Part shown: piece by piece, positions 41,280 through 55,305 of the stretch
How positions within the stretch are numbered: the first letter of the stretch is position 1
Layout of the letters: each line of letters starts with the position of its first letter
Assembly (NCBI GenBank): GCA_964016885.1
Contig: OZ024741.1
Coordinates: 392,584,001 to 392,648,000 of the forward strand
Length of the DNA stretch: 64,000 nucleotides
Source: Eledone cirrhosa
Lineage: Eukaryota
Direction: 5' to 3'
Position numbers and translations under genes: made by a program
Notes under the pieces: model-generated
Databases searched by the model: none
The model's input: the letters and a program-made list of their open reading frames with translations, nothing else
Told to the model about the DNA's origin: nothing

Positions 41280-42200
41280 TGAGCTGCAAGAACGCCCACA
41301 CCGACCAACTGTCAGAGACTCTCAACGTGAAGATCGGAGTCTGTCAGGGATGCTTGCTGCCACCGTTCCTCTTCCTCCTGGTCATTGACTGGATAGTGAA
41401 AACCACGACAACAGATAAAGTGGACACCCTAGGCACAATTGGATGACCTCGATTTTGCTGATGACCTGGTAATCTTGTCACACAGTTACAACCAGATACC
41501 TTACACTTGGAGATCATGTCAGCTGGAACAGGGCTCAAGTTAAACAAGAAGAAAACCGAGCTGATGAAGGTCAACTGTTGATGGAGAGCCCATCAGAGAG
41601 GTGGAGTCATTTGTCCACCTTGGTAATTTGGTTGACCGATGTAGGGGAACCAAACAAGACATCACAGCAAAGATTGGCAAGAACAGTGCCCGTCATGCTA
41701 AATAACATCTGGGCATCAAAAGAGATCTGCCCAAGAACTAGACTTCGCATCCTCAACTCCAACACGAAAGCAGTACTGCCGTACGGATGTGAAACTTGGA
41801 GGACAACAAAGAAGACGCAGCAGAAGATTAAGATATTCTTCAACACCTGTCTGAGGCACATCCACAACATCAAATGGCTGGAGAAGATCAGAAACAAAGA
41901 TCTGTGGGAGTGAGCGGGACACGAACCAGTGGCAAAACAGACTCTGCAGAGGAAGTGGAGCTAGATTGGATGTACCCTCAGGAAACCAGTATCCAACAAC
42001 ACACACCAAGCCCTAACTTGGAACTTACAAGATAAGAGGAGGGAGGTGGCCTTGTGGCAGCTGGAGGCACAGCACTGAGGCTGAATTAAGAAAGCTGGTA
42101 GCCAACTGAAGTGATGTGGTGAGAGCAACTCAAGATTGTGTACAATGGCAGAGGATTATGGCCTATTCTCCACAGAGAACGATGGGACTGAATGAATGAA
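41280..42200 (+). mobile_element. RTE/BovB-like LINE 3' fragment
   Basis: LDDLDFADDL, RLRILNSNTKAVLPYGCETW, FFNTCLRHI; (gaat)n tail. Confidence 0.8.
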
Positions 42201-42226
42201 TGTATTAAGTACATACACCTCATGTT

Positions 42227-42285
<59 letters not shown>

Positions 42286-42291
<6 letters not shown>

Positions 42292-42895
42292 ATAATTTGG
42301 GAGGGTCATGTTGCCAATAAAAACACGCGCACCTGTTAGTTTTCACTTCAATTTATTATAAGTTTCCGGTTGGTTGGTTTGATAACTGGAAGGTTGTTTA
42401 TATATTTTCAAAGCTCTTTCGTCACACATTCTGTGACCTCCTCAGTGACTAGATTTTTATTTTTTGCATCTCTCGTTTGTTCTGTCCTACCCCATTAAGA
42501 AGGTGAGAAGCAAAAAATAAAAACCTAGTCACTGAGGAGGTCACGGAATGTGTGACAAAAGACCTTTGAGAATATATAAACAACCTTCCGGTTATTAAAC
42601 CAACCAACCGGAAATTTATAATAAATTGAAGTGAAAACCAACAGTTGCGTGTGTTTTTATGTGCAGCATGACCAAAGTATGACAATATCTGTTTCACACA
42701 CATTTTCAGATAAGAAGTCTCGCAACTCAAATTCAAAAACGAATTGGAGGAATAACAACACACCCAGGAGCTGGACATATCGATGTATTGACGGAGTAAA
42801 ACACACTTCAACAACACGTGTACCTGTCTTTTCCACACCAATTCGGACTGCCTGAAGAGATCACAACCAATGATGGCTGTCACCGAAATATATAT
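42286..42895. mobile_element. Inverted pair of PLE family-A pLTRs; right copy runs into the ORF 5' end
   Basis: 42286-42452 pairs with 42525-42688. HHR 42408-42449 on minus has an intact core CTGAGGA..GAAA; HHR 42528-42569 on plus has GAAA changed to AAAA. Confidence 0.85.
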
Positions 42896-44949
42896 AGCAG
42901 TCATTTTTAATTTATAGTAAACAAAGCCAAATTTTGCATAATTAACTTAATTATTTTATATATATATATACACACATGCATACCCCACATTAAATATACA
43001 TATGTATATATACACACACAAAACGTGTAGTGGCATCTTGGCAGGTTGATAGAGAAGGAGTTGATATGTTAGAGATGCACAAGAGTAGCTAACAATAATA
43101 GTAACTAATTCATAGCACACTATAGTGTTTTGAACATTTTCAAATCTAATGTGTAAAATAGACCTTGGTTTTGGCAATAAGCGTTGAATAGCATGCTGAT
43201 TAAATTAATGAGTAAATGGATGAGTATTCAACAGATAAATGTACCCATCACATAATTCTCAAGGAGATTTAATGTGACACTGTGTGTGATAAGCCTGACC
43301 TCTTGAATTACAGGTACAGTCCATCTGATGGGTATCTGATGAGTTTCCAAATAGTGTCTGCCTACAAAATTTCATTTACAAAGTAGGTAATTCTATGTTG
43401 TGTCTGCTCCACAATGAGTCTATTAGAGGAGGTCTCTACTAATTGGATAGTAGCCTAGCATGGTGTTCAGATCATGATTCTCACCATCTGAGTCTAGAAT
43501 TAGTTTATAGTTAATGTATGTCTTATCGTTTTTTGTGTTTCTCTGGATTTTTACATACAACTACTAGTTATTATTGCCTTCCTTTGAATAATAGTACAGT
43601 GCTAGGTTTACATAATTTAAATAGACCCTAGAATTAAATTGAACCCCATACATGCAATATTGGGATGTGTGTATATGAAATATAGGATCATTTTAATGAC
43701 ATAAAATATCCTTTGGATTTATATTGCAAATGTGGAAATATTGTTTTAAGATAAATACTAGTTCCTAAACAAGAGTGAAATAGTGAATTCATCATCACAG
43801 ATAGTGTTACTGTTAAATACACATCCAAGATAAGCTTACAAAAATAAATGATCTGACTAAATGACAAAGATTTAATCACAAATACACTTCACCTCTCTAT
43901 TCTTTATCAGAGTCAATGTCCTAAACTGGTTGTCTGTGGTGTAGCAACTATCATGTTAAAATCTATAAGAAAGAATGAGAATCAATCTGTTGAACAATTC
44001 TTTCTTTGCTTCATTTATGGCATCACATTGGCAGAGTTAGGATGCCAGTGTTCTAGACTCTAATCCCACTGAAGTCAACTTTGCCTTTCATCTTTTGCTT
44101 GGTAAAGTATTAGAGTCTCGCTCTCTATCTCTCCTGACTTTACACAACTCCTCTTAGCACACTCACTCCCACAGTGATACTGTGAACCCTAATATTGCCA
44201 TTTCTAACTGTTCATACAAGTTAATTTTTTCACATACTTTTGCCACACCAACTTTTCTAACACTATTGATCTACAATCATGCAAACTGTTAGAAAAAAAC
44301 AGCCAAACCTTTCTCAAATTTCACCATAAGATTGAAATAATTGATGAATATACTGAATAAAGTAATCCAAGATATAAGGTTTGCCAGAAAAGAAGAGATG
44401 GTAATCACAAAAAGCTATAATAGTTGAACAGCAAGAACCATGCATTTAAACTTGAAGCAAGGAAACAACCTGAAAATGATAGCTTTCCTAAGCATCAAAT
44501 AACAAATATTTAGAAAGGAAAGAACTCACAAACAATGAACTCACATATACATATATCACACACAACACAAAACATCGACAATTTATATAAACAAATCATA
44601 AATCACAAGAAAGCATAACAACAAAGATTGGAAGTGTCACTATTATTTCCCTTGTCACATTCGTAGTTTTGCATAGAATGTAAACAGTAAATGTACACAC
44701 AAACACACCACATAGAAAACAAACATCAATAACCAAAGTAATCAATATAAACAAAGCACCAAAAATCTAAACATATGGCAATATAATATGCTAAAGGCCT
44801 CACAAAACACATTTATAGCACGAGATCATCACATAATTTCATAGTTTCACTCTGGGAAGATTGCATATGCCAAAGCAGATAACTCCTGGGATGCAACTCA
44901 ATGACTTGAAGATGAAGAGATCATGAAATGATTCAAAATGGAGGTCAAG

Positions 44950-47025
44950 AATCATCATCTCCGTTTTACGTCCATTCTTCTACACTAGCATGTTGAGGGC
45001 AATGTTAGGTCGGGTGACCTTGTCTTGTTCATACGGGAACTGATTTGGTCTTGATTTCTACAGCTGGATGCCCTTCCTAATACCAACCTCATTTACAGTG
45101 TGGGCTGGGTGCTTTTTTGTCGTGACACCTCCATGACCACTTTGCAGTGGGAGGGGATGGGGGCATATTGTCTATATGCTTCAGCTTCGGCTTGTTCCCA
45201 AATGAAGTTGGGTCTTCTGTATTAATGCGTGAAGCCAGAAGTCACGGTCCTGTATCATTGCCATTGAGGGGTGTAATTAGGCAAGGTTAGCTTTTATCAC
45301 CTCATCCCAGGTCTTCTTGGGTCTCCCCACTCCATGGCTTCCATCAACTTTTAGTACTCTGCACCTTTTTAGGCAGCTGTCATCCTTCATACGCATCACA
45401 TGTCCATACCAACGCATCCTCCTCTCCTGCACACAACATTTGATTCCTCTTATGCTGAGTCTCTCTCTCAGTTCATTTATACTTTGCTATTCGCGTATAT
45501 TACTATTACACATCCATCGGAGCATGCAAGCTTTTTTTCTTTCAATCTACACAAGTCTTCTACACACAGCGCCCAGGTCTCACTACCATGTAACATTACT
45601 GTTCGTATGCACGCATCATACAGTCTGCCTTTCATTTTGAGGGAAAAGCCTTTTGCAGCTAGCAGTGGTATTAGCTCCTTGAACTTCTTCCATTCCGTTC
45701 TTACCCTGGTTACTGTACTTTCAGAACACCCACTTCCACTGCTAATTTGGTCACCTAGGTAGAAGAAGCTGTCTCTACTGTTTCTACAGAGCCCTCCCAG
45801 AGTTTGGTAGTGCTTGTTTCCTATGGCTGTTTACTGCTTACTGTCCCAGTGCAGCTGCTACATGTAACGCCTACGTACCTAACTAAGCTTCCTGAGATCC
45901 CACTACATCTCTTGTGTACCCATAGTTTGCATTTGGGGCAGAGCATGGAATTCCTACCTACACCTTTCCTACATACTGAGCAAGGCAATTTACCTGAGGG
46001 GATCTGGGTTCTGTTTTCTTGTCTACTTACGAGGACCTTAGTCTTTGACAGATCGACTTTGAGACCCCCTCTTTCTAGTCCCTGCTTCCATGTTTGGAAT
46101 TTCTTCTTTAGTTCCGCTATAAATGTAAGGTCATATGCATACAGAAGTTCCCATGGGCACCTGGTCTTAAACTCTTCTGTTATTGCTTGCAATACTATAA
46201 TAAACAGGAGAGGGCTAAGAACAGAGCCCTGGTGGACACCAACCTGTATGTTAAATTCCTTGCTATAGTCATTGTTAACCCTAACTTTGTTGACTGCACC
46301 CTTATACATGGCTTGTACGGCTTTCACTAGCCATTCATCTACTCCTAATTTTCTAAGAGCCCACCAGATTATAGCACGGGGTACTCTGTCAAAGGCTTTT
46401 TCCAGATTGACAAATGCCAGGTAGAATGGCTTACGTTTAGCTAGGTACTTTTCCTGTAGTTGCCTCACAAGGAAGAGAGCATCAGTGGTGCTTTTTTCTT
46501 GGCACAAACCCAAACTGCATCTCATCTAGATTTACCTGGTCCCTCAGCTTGATACCTCTATAGTTTCCTCTATCTAGTGCATCTCCTTTACCCGTGTAGC
46601 AGTTGAGAATGATGCTGCTGCGCCAATCCTATGGTATGATACCCTCTAGTATTACCTGGTTAACAATATGTGTGGTTATGGTGTGACCTACCAACCCAGA
46701 TGCTTTCAGCATCTCGGCAGCTATACCCGATGGACCGGTTGCCTTCCCAGTCTTCATATCTTTAATTGCCTTATGCTGCTGCTGACTTGTATTACTGGTC
46801 CCTCTATAGGGTCCACTTGGGGTAGGGTCTCTTTCTCCCATGCATTCTCCTCATTTAGTAAGCTTTCATAATGGTTCTTCCAAGCAGCTTTCTTCTTGGC
46901 ACTTGTGAGGGCAAGCTCATCTTTATCATTCCAGACACACTTCTCGCCAATGACATCACAATTTTCTGTAACACAGTGCCTCACAATCCTGAACACCTCC
47001 TGTTTCTGGTCCTCATGCTGCAAAA
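44950..47025 (-). mobile_element. 5'-truncated RTE-clade LINE
   Basis: KAWKNHYESLLN, GKATGPSGIAAEMLK, AFVNLEKAFDRVP, GVHQGSVLSPLLF; (tga)n tail at 44950. Confidence 0.92.
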
Positions 47026-47029
47026 ACAT

Positions 47030-47112
47030 ATTAACATAATAAACGTACATATCACCTCCAACCTCAAATATCATTATAGTGGAGATTTCAATATACACAA
47101 CTCATCCTGGTA
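47030..47112 (+). pseudogene. APE-endonuclease remnant of an older LINE
   Basis: GDFNIHNSSW motif; flanking A/C-rich decayed sequence. Confidence 0.4.
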
Positions 47113-47124
47113 AATAAAAATAAT

Positions 47125-47301
47125 TGTTTCTACATTTGGCACAAGGCCAGCAATTACCCAGTGCATTACTGGTATTTTATTTTATCGACCCTGTAAGGAT
47201 GAAAGGCAAAGTTAACCTCGGTGGGATTTGAACTCAGAATGGCAAGGGCCGTAACTCAATGCATCAAAGCATGGTGTCCGACTCTCTACCAATACTGCCA
47301 A
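47125..47301 (-). mobile_element. SINE family A copy with target-site duplication
   Basis: Reverse complement of family A; TSD taaataaaaataat. Confidence 0.88.
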
Positions 47302-49689
47302 TAAATAAAAATAATATTAATAACACAAAAGAAGTCACAATACAATCACAACTAAACTTCCTTTACAATGTGAATGTTTAAGATGTAAAGTTTACATCTT
47401 AAACAAACCACAGAAACACAACCATATACCTCCCCATAACTACAACAATGCCACACCAGAAATCATCTTATGCTCCACATATCTAACTAACAACTCTATG
47501 GCAAGGAATCCTCCAATTGACCACTGCATATCATCACAGCATACACATACGTCAATGAAAGAAATAAAATGAAAATTCATGAATAAATGAGGGAGTCTCT
47601 GCAATATTATTTGACCAGTCAAATCATCCTCAACTTACACCCTTCCATTTTGAATAAGGAGAGACATATTTGATATGGTAGGCTTAAATCTGCAACATCT
47701 AAAAGGAGAATACGATTATCTCTGGGATGCCTTTAGGCATAAGTCGGCTCAGTCAGGAGTGCTCAAGAGCTAAGTAACAACAAACACATCAAGGTTCACA
47801 GAAATAAACAACACCACAATAATTAACATAGTTGCTACAGTACACATTCAATAAAACAATTGCAAGTGCTTCCAAACAGAAATACATGTTGCAAAGCAAC
47901 ATAAAAACTACAACCACAATTACACAATTGAAACAGCCAACTTGAAAAAAAAAAAAAAAAAAAAAAATTGGCTCAAATGCAATACATCAAGATTACTCAC
48001 AAAAGAGATAAAACTCAGTATAAAAAAATCTAAACAATGAGGTAAACAAAATATATCATAAAAAAAAAAACTAGTTGATGTTTGCATCCAACATAAGCCA
48101 CAAAACAACTAGCAAGATATAGAATGTAATTAGATGCAGCGATAATGTTAACAATGGTCCATCACAATAAGAACTTAGCTGAAAACTCACATTCCAACAA
48201 ATAAATATCTTTTGAAAATATTTTTTGAATACCAGCTGCCAAAAATGGCACAGAGAGGATAATTATGACTTGGGCAATTTCTTCCAATCAGACAACAGAA
48301 AGCAATAAAAACATTCAAAAACTTAAAGCTCCAGAGACTGACAAAACCACAAACATACACTAAAAGACCCAAGACTTGATAAACTCATACAGTACTTGTG
48401 AAACAAATGTAACTACTCATACTGGCACTAACAAATTATCACAAATAACAAATCTGGAAGCTAGACAAAATGTTTAAGTGAAGCAGCATCATACAAACAA
48501 ATCACAATCATATGCCTATGCACATATTTCATAAAAGTTCGTCCATGATATGATTAATCCACACATTCTTCTCAACAAATCACATGGATTCAGATTCTAC
48601 ACACAATCACTTGACAAGTCTTTCTTTAAAAAAATGACAAGATGCCTCCAGCTACAAAAGACCCATTCTAAATACCACTGACATTGACAAAAACTTGGAG
48701 TCTATCCACAGCAACCAATTTATACACAAAATACACATCTTCTTAAGAAATAAACAACAATAGTGGCTACCAAAATACTTCACAGGCCGCTTTCTTAACC
48801 ACCCAGCTATGTTTACACATAAACACACTTATCTAATTGATGAAAGACCAAGATTTTCTTTATCTGCCACTTCTTTGATCTGTTTCAATTGTGCCCAGAA
48901 GAATGGTTTTGGACTAGGAGTCATGGCATGATATGCGACTCGACGAAGCATGCTTCTGTATTTTTACTATATATATTTATATATATTTATATATATAGAT
49001 ATATAGCAATCTATATATATATATATATATATATATAATCATCATCATCACCATCATCACCACCACCAACACCACCGGTAGAAAAGCAGCCAGAAATAGT
49101 CCTATACGAGCGCAACACGGTCACCCGACCCAGCTTGCCGTCTAACCCATGCTAGTGTGGAAGATGGACGTTAGATGATGATGATGATTATGATGATGAT
49201 GATGATGATTATATATATATGTGTGTGTTACATTGATCATTTTCATTAAGGATTTTTCATATTATTTTTATTAGTCCTTTATGCTTAATTTAAAACAGTA
49301 GCATTCCTAAATCCAAGTGTATATTAACCTTTTACGGGCCCTCACAACCCCTTTCAGAATTAGAATAGTAATACTAGTGGTGTATTGGTCATATGTTTAC
49401 ACACACACACAAGTATAATTTATATGAACGATTATGAAATACATGTAAAATACACGGTTATGGTCGTCTTGAGAAGTGAAAAATAGAATAACGTATGACA
49501 AAGAAAACAAAATAATAGTGGGGATGAGTGTAGCTCTTCTGTGCTGATATTTGGTAAGAGAGGTGGCTATATGCACAGACTGTTTTCTACTAGGACATTT
49601 TGGAACTCTTTGTTGCTGGTAGATTTGTCCCTTGTATTGCTGTATCAGTTTCATACCCACATTATAAAAATAGCCTTCAGTTGTTGTTA

Positions 49690-49980
49690 ATGTGAGGTTT
49701 CAATCTTTTTTAACTCTCCAATGTTTTGTTTGGTGACCTCAAGGTAACTTTGATATATTGGATGTGATATTTTTGCATGTGTTTTTAACAGAAGAAGCAT
49801 TCATGTAGATGTGTTCTTTGATATGTATGTATAGTTTGTAGTCAATGCTTCCAGTGTATGAGACACCATATATGTTGCGTGTTATTTTGTACACCCATAC
49901 AATATGTTTACTTTGTGGATGGAGCAATTAGTGTGTATGTGTTATTATTGTGATGGGTCAATCCTTGGATAAGAATTTCT
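49690..49980 (-). mobile_element. Decayed GIY-YIG fragment of another PLE family
   Basis: VWVYKITRNIYGVSYTGSIDYKLYIHIKEH; an approximately 92-bp segment is duplicated at 49578-49670 and 50158-50249. Confidence 0.6.
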
Positions 49981-50496
49981 TCACTAAGAAACTAAAGTGA
50001 ACTAGTTGTTTTTTCACCCCCTCCCTACAGATCACTTTCCAGAGTACTGTGGTGTTCCTCTCATTGAGGTTTGGGGTAGCACATGCCCTCCCTTGGAGTG
50101 TGCACTTTCTTTAACTGTGTATTAGAATTCTGACATTTAGGGATGGACACTGTGTAGCTGTTTTCTACTAGGACATTTTGGAACTCTTTGTTGCTGGTAG
50201 ATTTGTCCCTTGTATTGCTGTATCAGTTTCATACCCACATTATAAAAATTATTATATTGGCCACTAACTGAAACATTGGAAACATTTGACTCAAAGAGGC
50301 CATTCTCATTAATACATTGAGACCTCACAGTAACAGCAGATATGAATTGCATGAAGCTGATTGGTTAAAACAACTATACCAATCTGTGCATGCATCTCCT
50401 CTCATCCAATATCTGTGTAGAAGATATCTGCTCATCCAAACCATACACCATTTTCCTTTATTTGAATGGGTTCTAACCCTGAAATATGAAATATAT

Positions 50497-52353
50497 GGTA
50501 TGCCTGACCGATTTAACTCACTCAATATGCAAATTAGGCTGCTCAGCCGTTAATTTTCATAAGGAAAGTATATACTTTCGAACGTTCAACTATCTGGCAG
50601 ATGGGTAAACGGTGCTGATGATAGCTAACAAGCTTGAAACTAGTACATCGTTCCTGTGTCAGTGTTGAACAAAAAGGTGACGTGGTTGCCTTAACACCGT
50701 ATGGCATAAATTCAGGCTGTTCAGTTTGTTTACAAACGAACAAAGCGACGTTAGCGCCGCTAAACTGATACGTGCATATATGTATGTGTACCTGTATGCA
50801 TATGTATATATATATGTATATATATATATATATGTGCATGCTACTGTACGTCTGTATACATATATGTATGTACGTATACATGCATACTTACATTTAAGTA
50901 AGTGCCATACTAAGAGTGAGAAATGAAATTTCGTTTTCATTTTGTTTCAATTTATCGTTTTCGGTATGCCTGACCGATTTAACTCACTCAATATGCAAAT
51001 TAGGCTGCTCAGCCGTTAATTTTCATAAGGAAAGTATATACTTTCGAACGTTCAACTATCTGGCAGATGGGTAAACGGTGCTGATGATAGCTAACAAGCT
51101 TGAAACTAGTACATCGTTCCTGTGTCAGTGTTGAACAAAAAGGTGACGTGGTTGCCTTAACACCGTATGGCATAAATTCAGGCTGTTCAGTTTGTTTACA
51201 AACGAACAAAGCGACGTTAGCGCCGCTAAACTGATACGTGCATATATGTATGTGTACCTGTATGCATATGTATATATATATGTATATATATATATATATG
51301 TGCATGCTACTGTACGTCTGTATACATATATGTATGTACGTATACATGCATACTTACATTTAAGTAAGTGCCATACTAAGAGTGAGAAATGAAATTTCGT
51401 TTTCATTTTGTTTCAATTTATCGTTTTCGGTATGCCTGACCGATTTAACTCACTCAATATGCAAATTAGGCTGCTCAGCCGTTAATTTTCATAAGGAAAG
51501 TATATACTTTCGAACGTTCAACTATCTGGCAGATGGGTAAACGGTGCTGATGATAGCTAACAAGCTTGAAACTAGTACATCGTTCCTGTGTCAGTGTTGA
51601 ACAAAAAGGTGACGTGGTTGCCTTAACACCGTATGGCATAAATTCAGGCTGTTCAGTTTGTTTACAAACGAACAAAGCGACGTTAGCGCCGCTAAACTGA
51701 TACGTGCATATATGTATGTGTACCTGTATGCATATGTATATATATATGTATATATATATATATATGTGCATGCTACTGTACGTCTGTATACATATATGTA
51801 TGTACGTATACATGCATACTTACATTTAAGTAAGTGCCATACTAAGAGTGAGAAATGAAATTTCGTTTTCATTTTGTTTCAATTTATCGTTTTCGGTATG
51901 CCTGACCGATTTAACTCACTCAATATGCAAATTAGGCTGCTCAGCCGTTAATTTTCATAAGGAAAGTATATACTTTCGAACGTTCAACTATCTGGCAGAT
52001 GGGTAAACGGTGCTGATGATAGCTAACAAGCTTGAAACTAGTACATCGTTCCTGTGTCAGTGTTGAACAAAAAGGTGACGTGGTTGCCTTAACACCGTAT
52101 GGCATAAATTCAGGCTGTTCAGTTTGTTTACAAACGAACAAAGCGACGTTAGCGCCGCTAAACTGATACGTGCATATATGTATGTGTACCTGTATGCATA
52201 TGTATATATATATGTATATATATATATATATGTGCATGCTACTGTACGTCTGTATACATATATGTATGTACGTATACATGCATACTTACATTTAAGTAAG
52301 TGCCATACTAAGAGTGAGAAATGAAATTTCGTTTTCATTTTGTTTCAATTTAT
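50497..52353 (+). repeat. Tandem array of about 4 x 466 bp, one HHR per unit (retrozyme-like satellite)
   Basis: Units start at 50497, 50963, 51429 and 51895 and appear identical; last unit ends in (TA)-rich sequence. Confidence 0.95.
50608..50652 (+). ncRNA. Type I HHR, unit 1 (also 51074-51118, 51540-51584, 52006-52050)
   Basis: aacggtg-CTGATGA-t-agct-aaca-agct-t-GAAA-ctag-TA-catcgtt; 7-bp stem I; palindromic stem III ACUAGU; GUA triplet. Confidence 0.88.
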
Positions 52354-52527
52354 ATTTATATATATATATATATAAATATACATATTGTATATTTATATAT
52401 ATATGTATATAAATATACATATTGTATATTTATATATATATGTATATAAATATACATATTGTATATTTATATTTATATATATATATACATATTGTATATT
52501 TATATATAAATATATATATATATATAT

Positions 52528-53650
52528 ATCCACCGTATGCAGTTCTCTGGTTACAATCAGAGAGATAAAATCAGAGTATATAGAGGAGCCAGAACCAAAT
52601 GGGAAAAAATAGTAAATAATGATACAAATGGGACCTACCCCTTGTATAGGAGCAAGTTTTGGAATAGAATAGAAAGAACTAGGAATAAGGTTAATAGAAT
52701 AAACTCATGGTATGATAGCAATAAATACCAGAGTGTAATGTTCATCAATACAACCCTTAGAGGTGAACTAGCTTACAAATTTAGAAGGGCTCTAGATAAA
52801 CTTAAACTAAATATTAAGATAGTGGAAAAACCAGGTACCTCCATAAAAACACTTATTAGTAATACATACCCCTTTCAAAGACCTCCCTGTATAGATAAGA
52901 AATGCATAATCTGTAAACTAAGCCCCCTTATTAACTGCAAAACTAGAAACATAGTATATAGCATAAGATGTACATAAATGTAAAGATAAGAATATAATGT
53001 ACATAGGTGAGATAGCTCGTAGCATAGGAGAACAATTAAATGAACACTAGTGAGAGCTTCAAGATAGAAAAGACTCATCAGTACTCCACCAGCATGCTAA
53101 AATAGAAAATTAGAGAACATAGAAATAAAAATAAAATCTACACACAGAAAAGACGCAATGTTTAGACAAATCACAGAGGCAATAAACATAAATGAACTCC
53201 AACCAAAATTAAATAGAAAACAGGAATGGAATAGTAACATCACAACTTACAATTAAGAACAAAATGAAAACGCACACACATAGAACAAACAACTAACTAG
53301 TAACATGTAAATAAACAAATAAATAAACAAATAAAAACACACACAGACACCCGGATGTAACACATGCACAAACTAAGCACACAACACACACCAAAACAAG
53401 ATGGCGTAGGACAGAACAAAGGAGAGACACAAAACAGAAAAAAGAATCCCTGGTCACTGATGAGGTGACAGAATGTGTGACGAAAGAACTTTGACAATAT
53501 ATGAACAACCGTCTGGTTGTGGAACCAACCAATCAACCGGAAATTTATAAATTTTTTAAAATTGATAATTTAATTTATAATAAATTGGAGTAAAAGCAAT
53601 TGGTGCGTGTATTTCTTATTGGCAATATGACCCTCCTAAAGTATAACAAT
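52528..53650 (+). mobile_element. 5'-truncated PLE family A (RT C-terminus, disabled GIY-YIG, pLTR with HHR 53453-53495)
   Basis: ORF 52537-52977 RMQFSGY...; HHR gtca-CTGATGA-g-gtgaca-gaatg-tgtgac-GAAA-gaac-TT-tgac. Confidence 0.92.
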
Positions 53651-53668
53651 ATATAAATATACATATAC

Positions 53669-53734
<66 letters not shown>

Positions 53735-53739
<5 letters not shown>

Positions 53740-54290
53740 TTAGTTAAGCAAAACAAGACCACAAATTTCACAAGGAAGACATTATTAAAAGATTGTCAAC
53801 ATATTTAGTTTGATGTAAGGAATGTAGAGAATAATAATAATAATAATATTAATAATAATAATGCCCGTTTACAATTGTTTCGCTACTCCGTACAATATTT
53901 CTGGTCATCTGATCCATAAATATTATACGGAGTAGCGAAACAATTGTAAACGGGCATTATTATTATTAATAATAAAGGGCGGTGGATTGGCAGTATCGGT
54001 AGAGGGTCGGACGCCATGCTTTATAGCAAAGAGTTACGGCCCTTTATGGTCTGAGTTCAAATCCCGCCGAGGTTAACTTTGCCTTTCATCCTTACGGGGT
54101 CGATACAATAAAGTACCAGTAATGCACTGGGATAATTGCTGGCCTTGTGCCAAAAGTAGAAAGAATTATTATTAATAATATTATTATTATTATTCTCTAC
54201 ATTCCTTACATCAAACTAAATATGTTGACAATCTTTTAATAATGTCTTCCTTGTGAAATTTGTGGTCTTGTTTTGCTTAACTAATGAATA
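53735..54290. repeat. Fold-back centred on an HHR stem II hairpin, interrupted by a SINE A copy (53977-54164)
   Basis: 53735-53900 pairs with 53918-53975 plus 54165-54290; right arm contains gtagc-GAAAC-aatt-GTA-aacggg. Confidence 0.85.
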
Positions 54291-54466
54291 TTTCCAGCTC
54301 TGCGCACCTAACCTCTGCATGAACCCAGCCACCTAGCTGCTTTCTACTGCATATTGCACATTGAGCACATGCCTTTACGCTTTGGCTTCTAACTAACTCA
54401 CCAATCTTTCCTCTCATATCTCCTCTACTATCTCAATCTCTCTCTTTAAGATTGGTTACTCTTGAA

Positions 54467-54534
<68 letters not shown>

Positions 54535-54675
54535 ATATTAAATAAATGGAAAGTATATTTATAAAACCATATTTATTCTATTATATATATATATAATAGA
54601 ATATATATATATAATAGAATAAATATGGTTTTGTAAATATAGTTTCCATTTATTTAATATCATTGAATACTTACT

Positions 54676-55049
54676 CCATTGACTGACCGGCGGTCAAAAA
54701 ATAATAGAGATACAATATAGACACAAACACATATATATAGTTTACATAATTTACATAAATCTTTCGTTACACATCTGCAACATCGTCAGTGGTGTTATAT
54801 TCATTGTTCCTCCTGTTGTGTTGTATGTCTACGCCATTTTTTTTGTAAACTATATATATGTGTTTGTGTCTATATTGTATCTGTATTATTTTTTGACCGC
54901 CGGTCAGTCAATGGCAACATTGAGGACCGAGTAAGTTAGATCGCAGATATAAAAGACAGCGAGAAGCGAAAACCAACCAAACAGTGAGTGTGTTCTGTTA
55001 TTAATTCTGGCAATATTACGCAAATATGACCCTCCCCAAATATAACAAT
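54676..55049. mobile_element. Inverted pair of PLE-B pLTR pieces; HHR at 54754-54791 on minus
   Basis: Minus strand ca-CTGACGA-t-gttgca-gatg-tgtaac-GAAA-gatt-TA-tg; plus copy 54844-55049. Confidence 0.85.
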
Positions 55050-55108
55050 ATATAAATATACATATATGTATATTTATATATATATATATATAAATATACA
55101 TATATGTA

Positions 55109-55164
<56 letters not shown>

Positions 55165-55265
55165 TAATAATAAATTTCTTTGCTTAAACTTTAATCTGTT
55201 ATTTTAATAAATATATATACATATATACATATATGTATATTTATATATATACATATATGTATATT

Positions 55266-55300
<35 letters not shown>

Positions 55301-55305
<5 letters not shown>

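Noticed and set aside
49320-49480. HHR in the pLTR of the decayed 49.7-kb PLE
   Set aside because: Only partial core-like strings; no CUGANGA/GAAA pair with stems.
50543-52338. Repeated 112/93/66-aa ORFs in the 466-bp array as a gene cluster
   Set aside because: They run through a TA/CA microsatellite, show no domain, and are not preserved in the diverged 63-kb copy.
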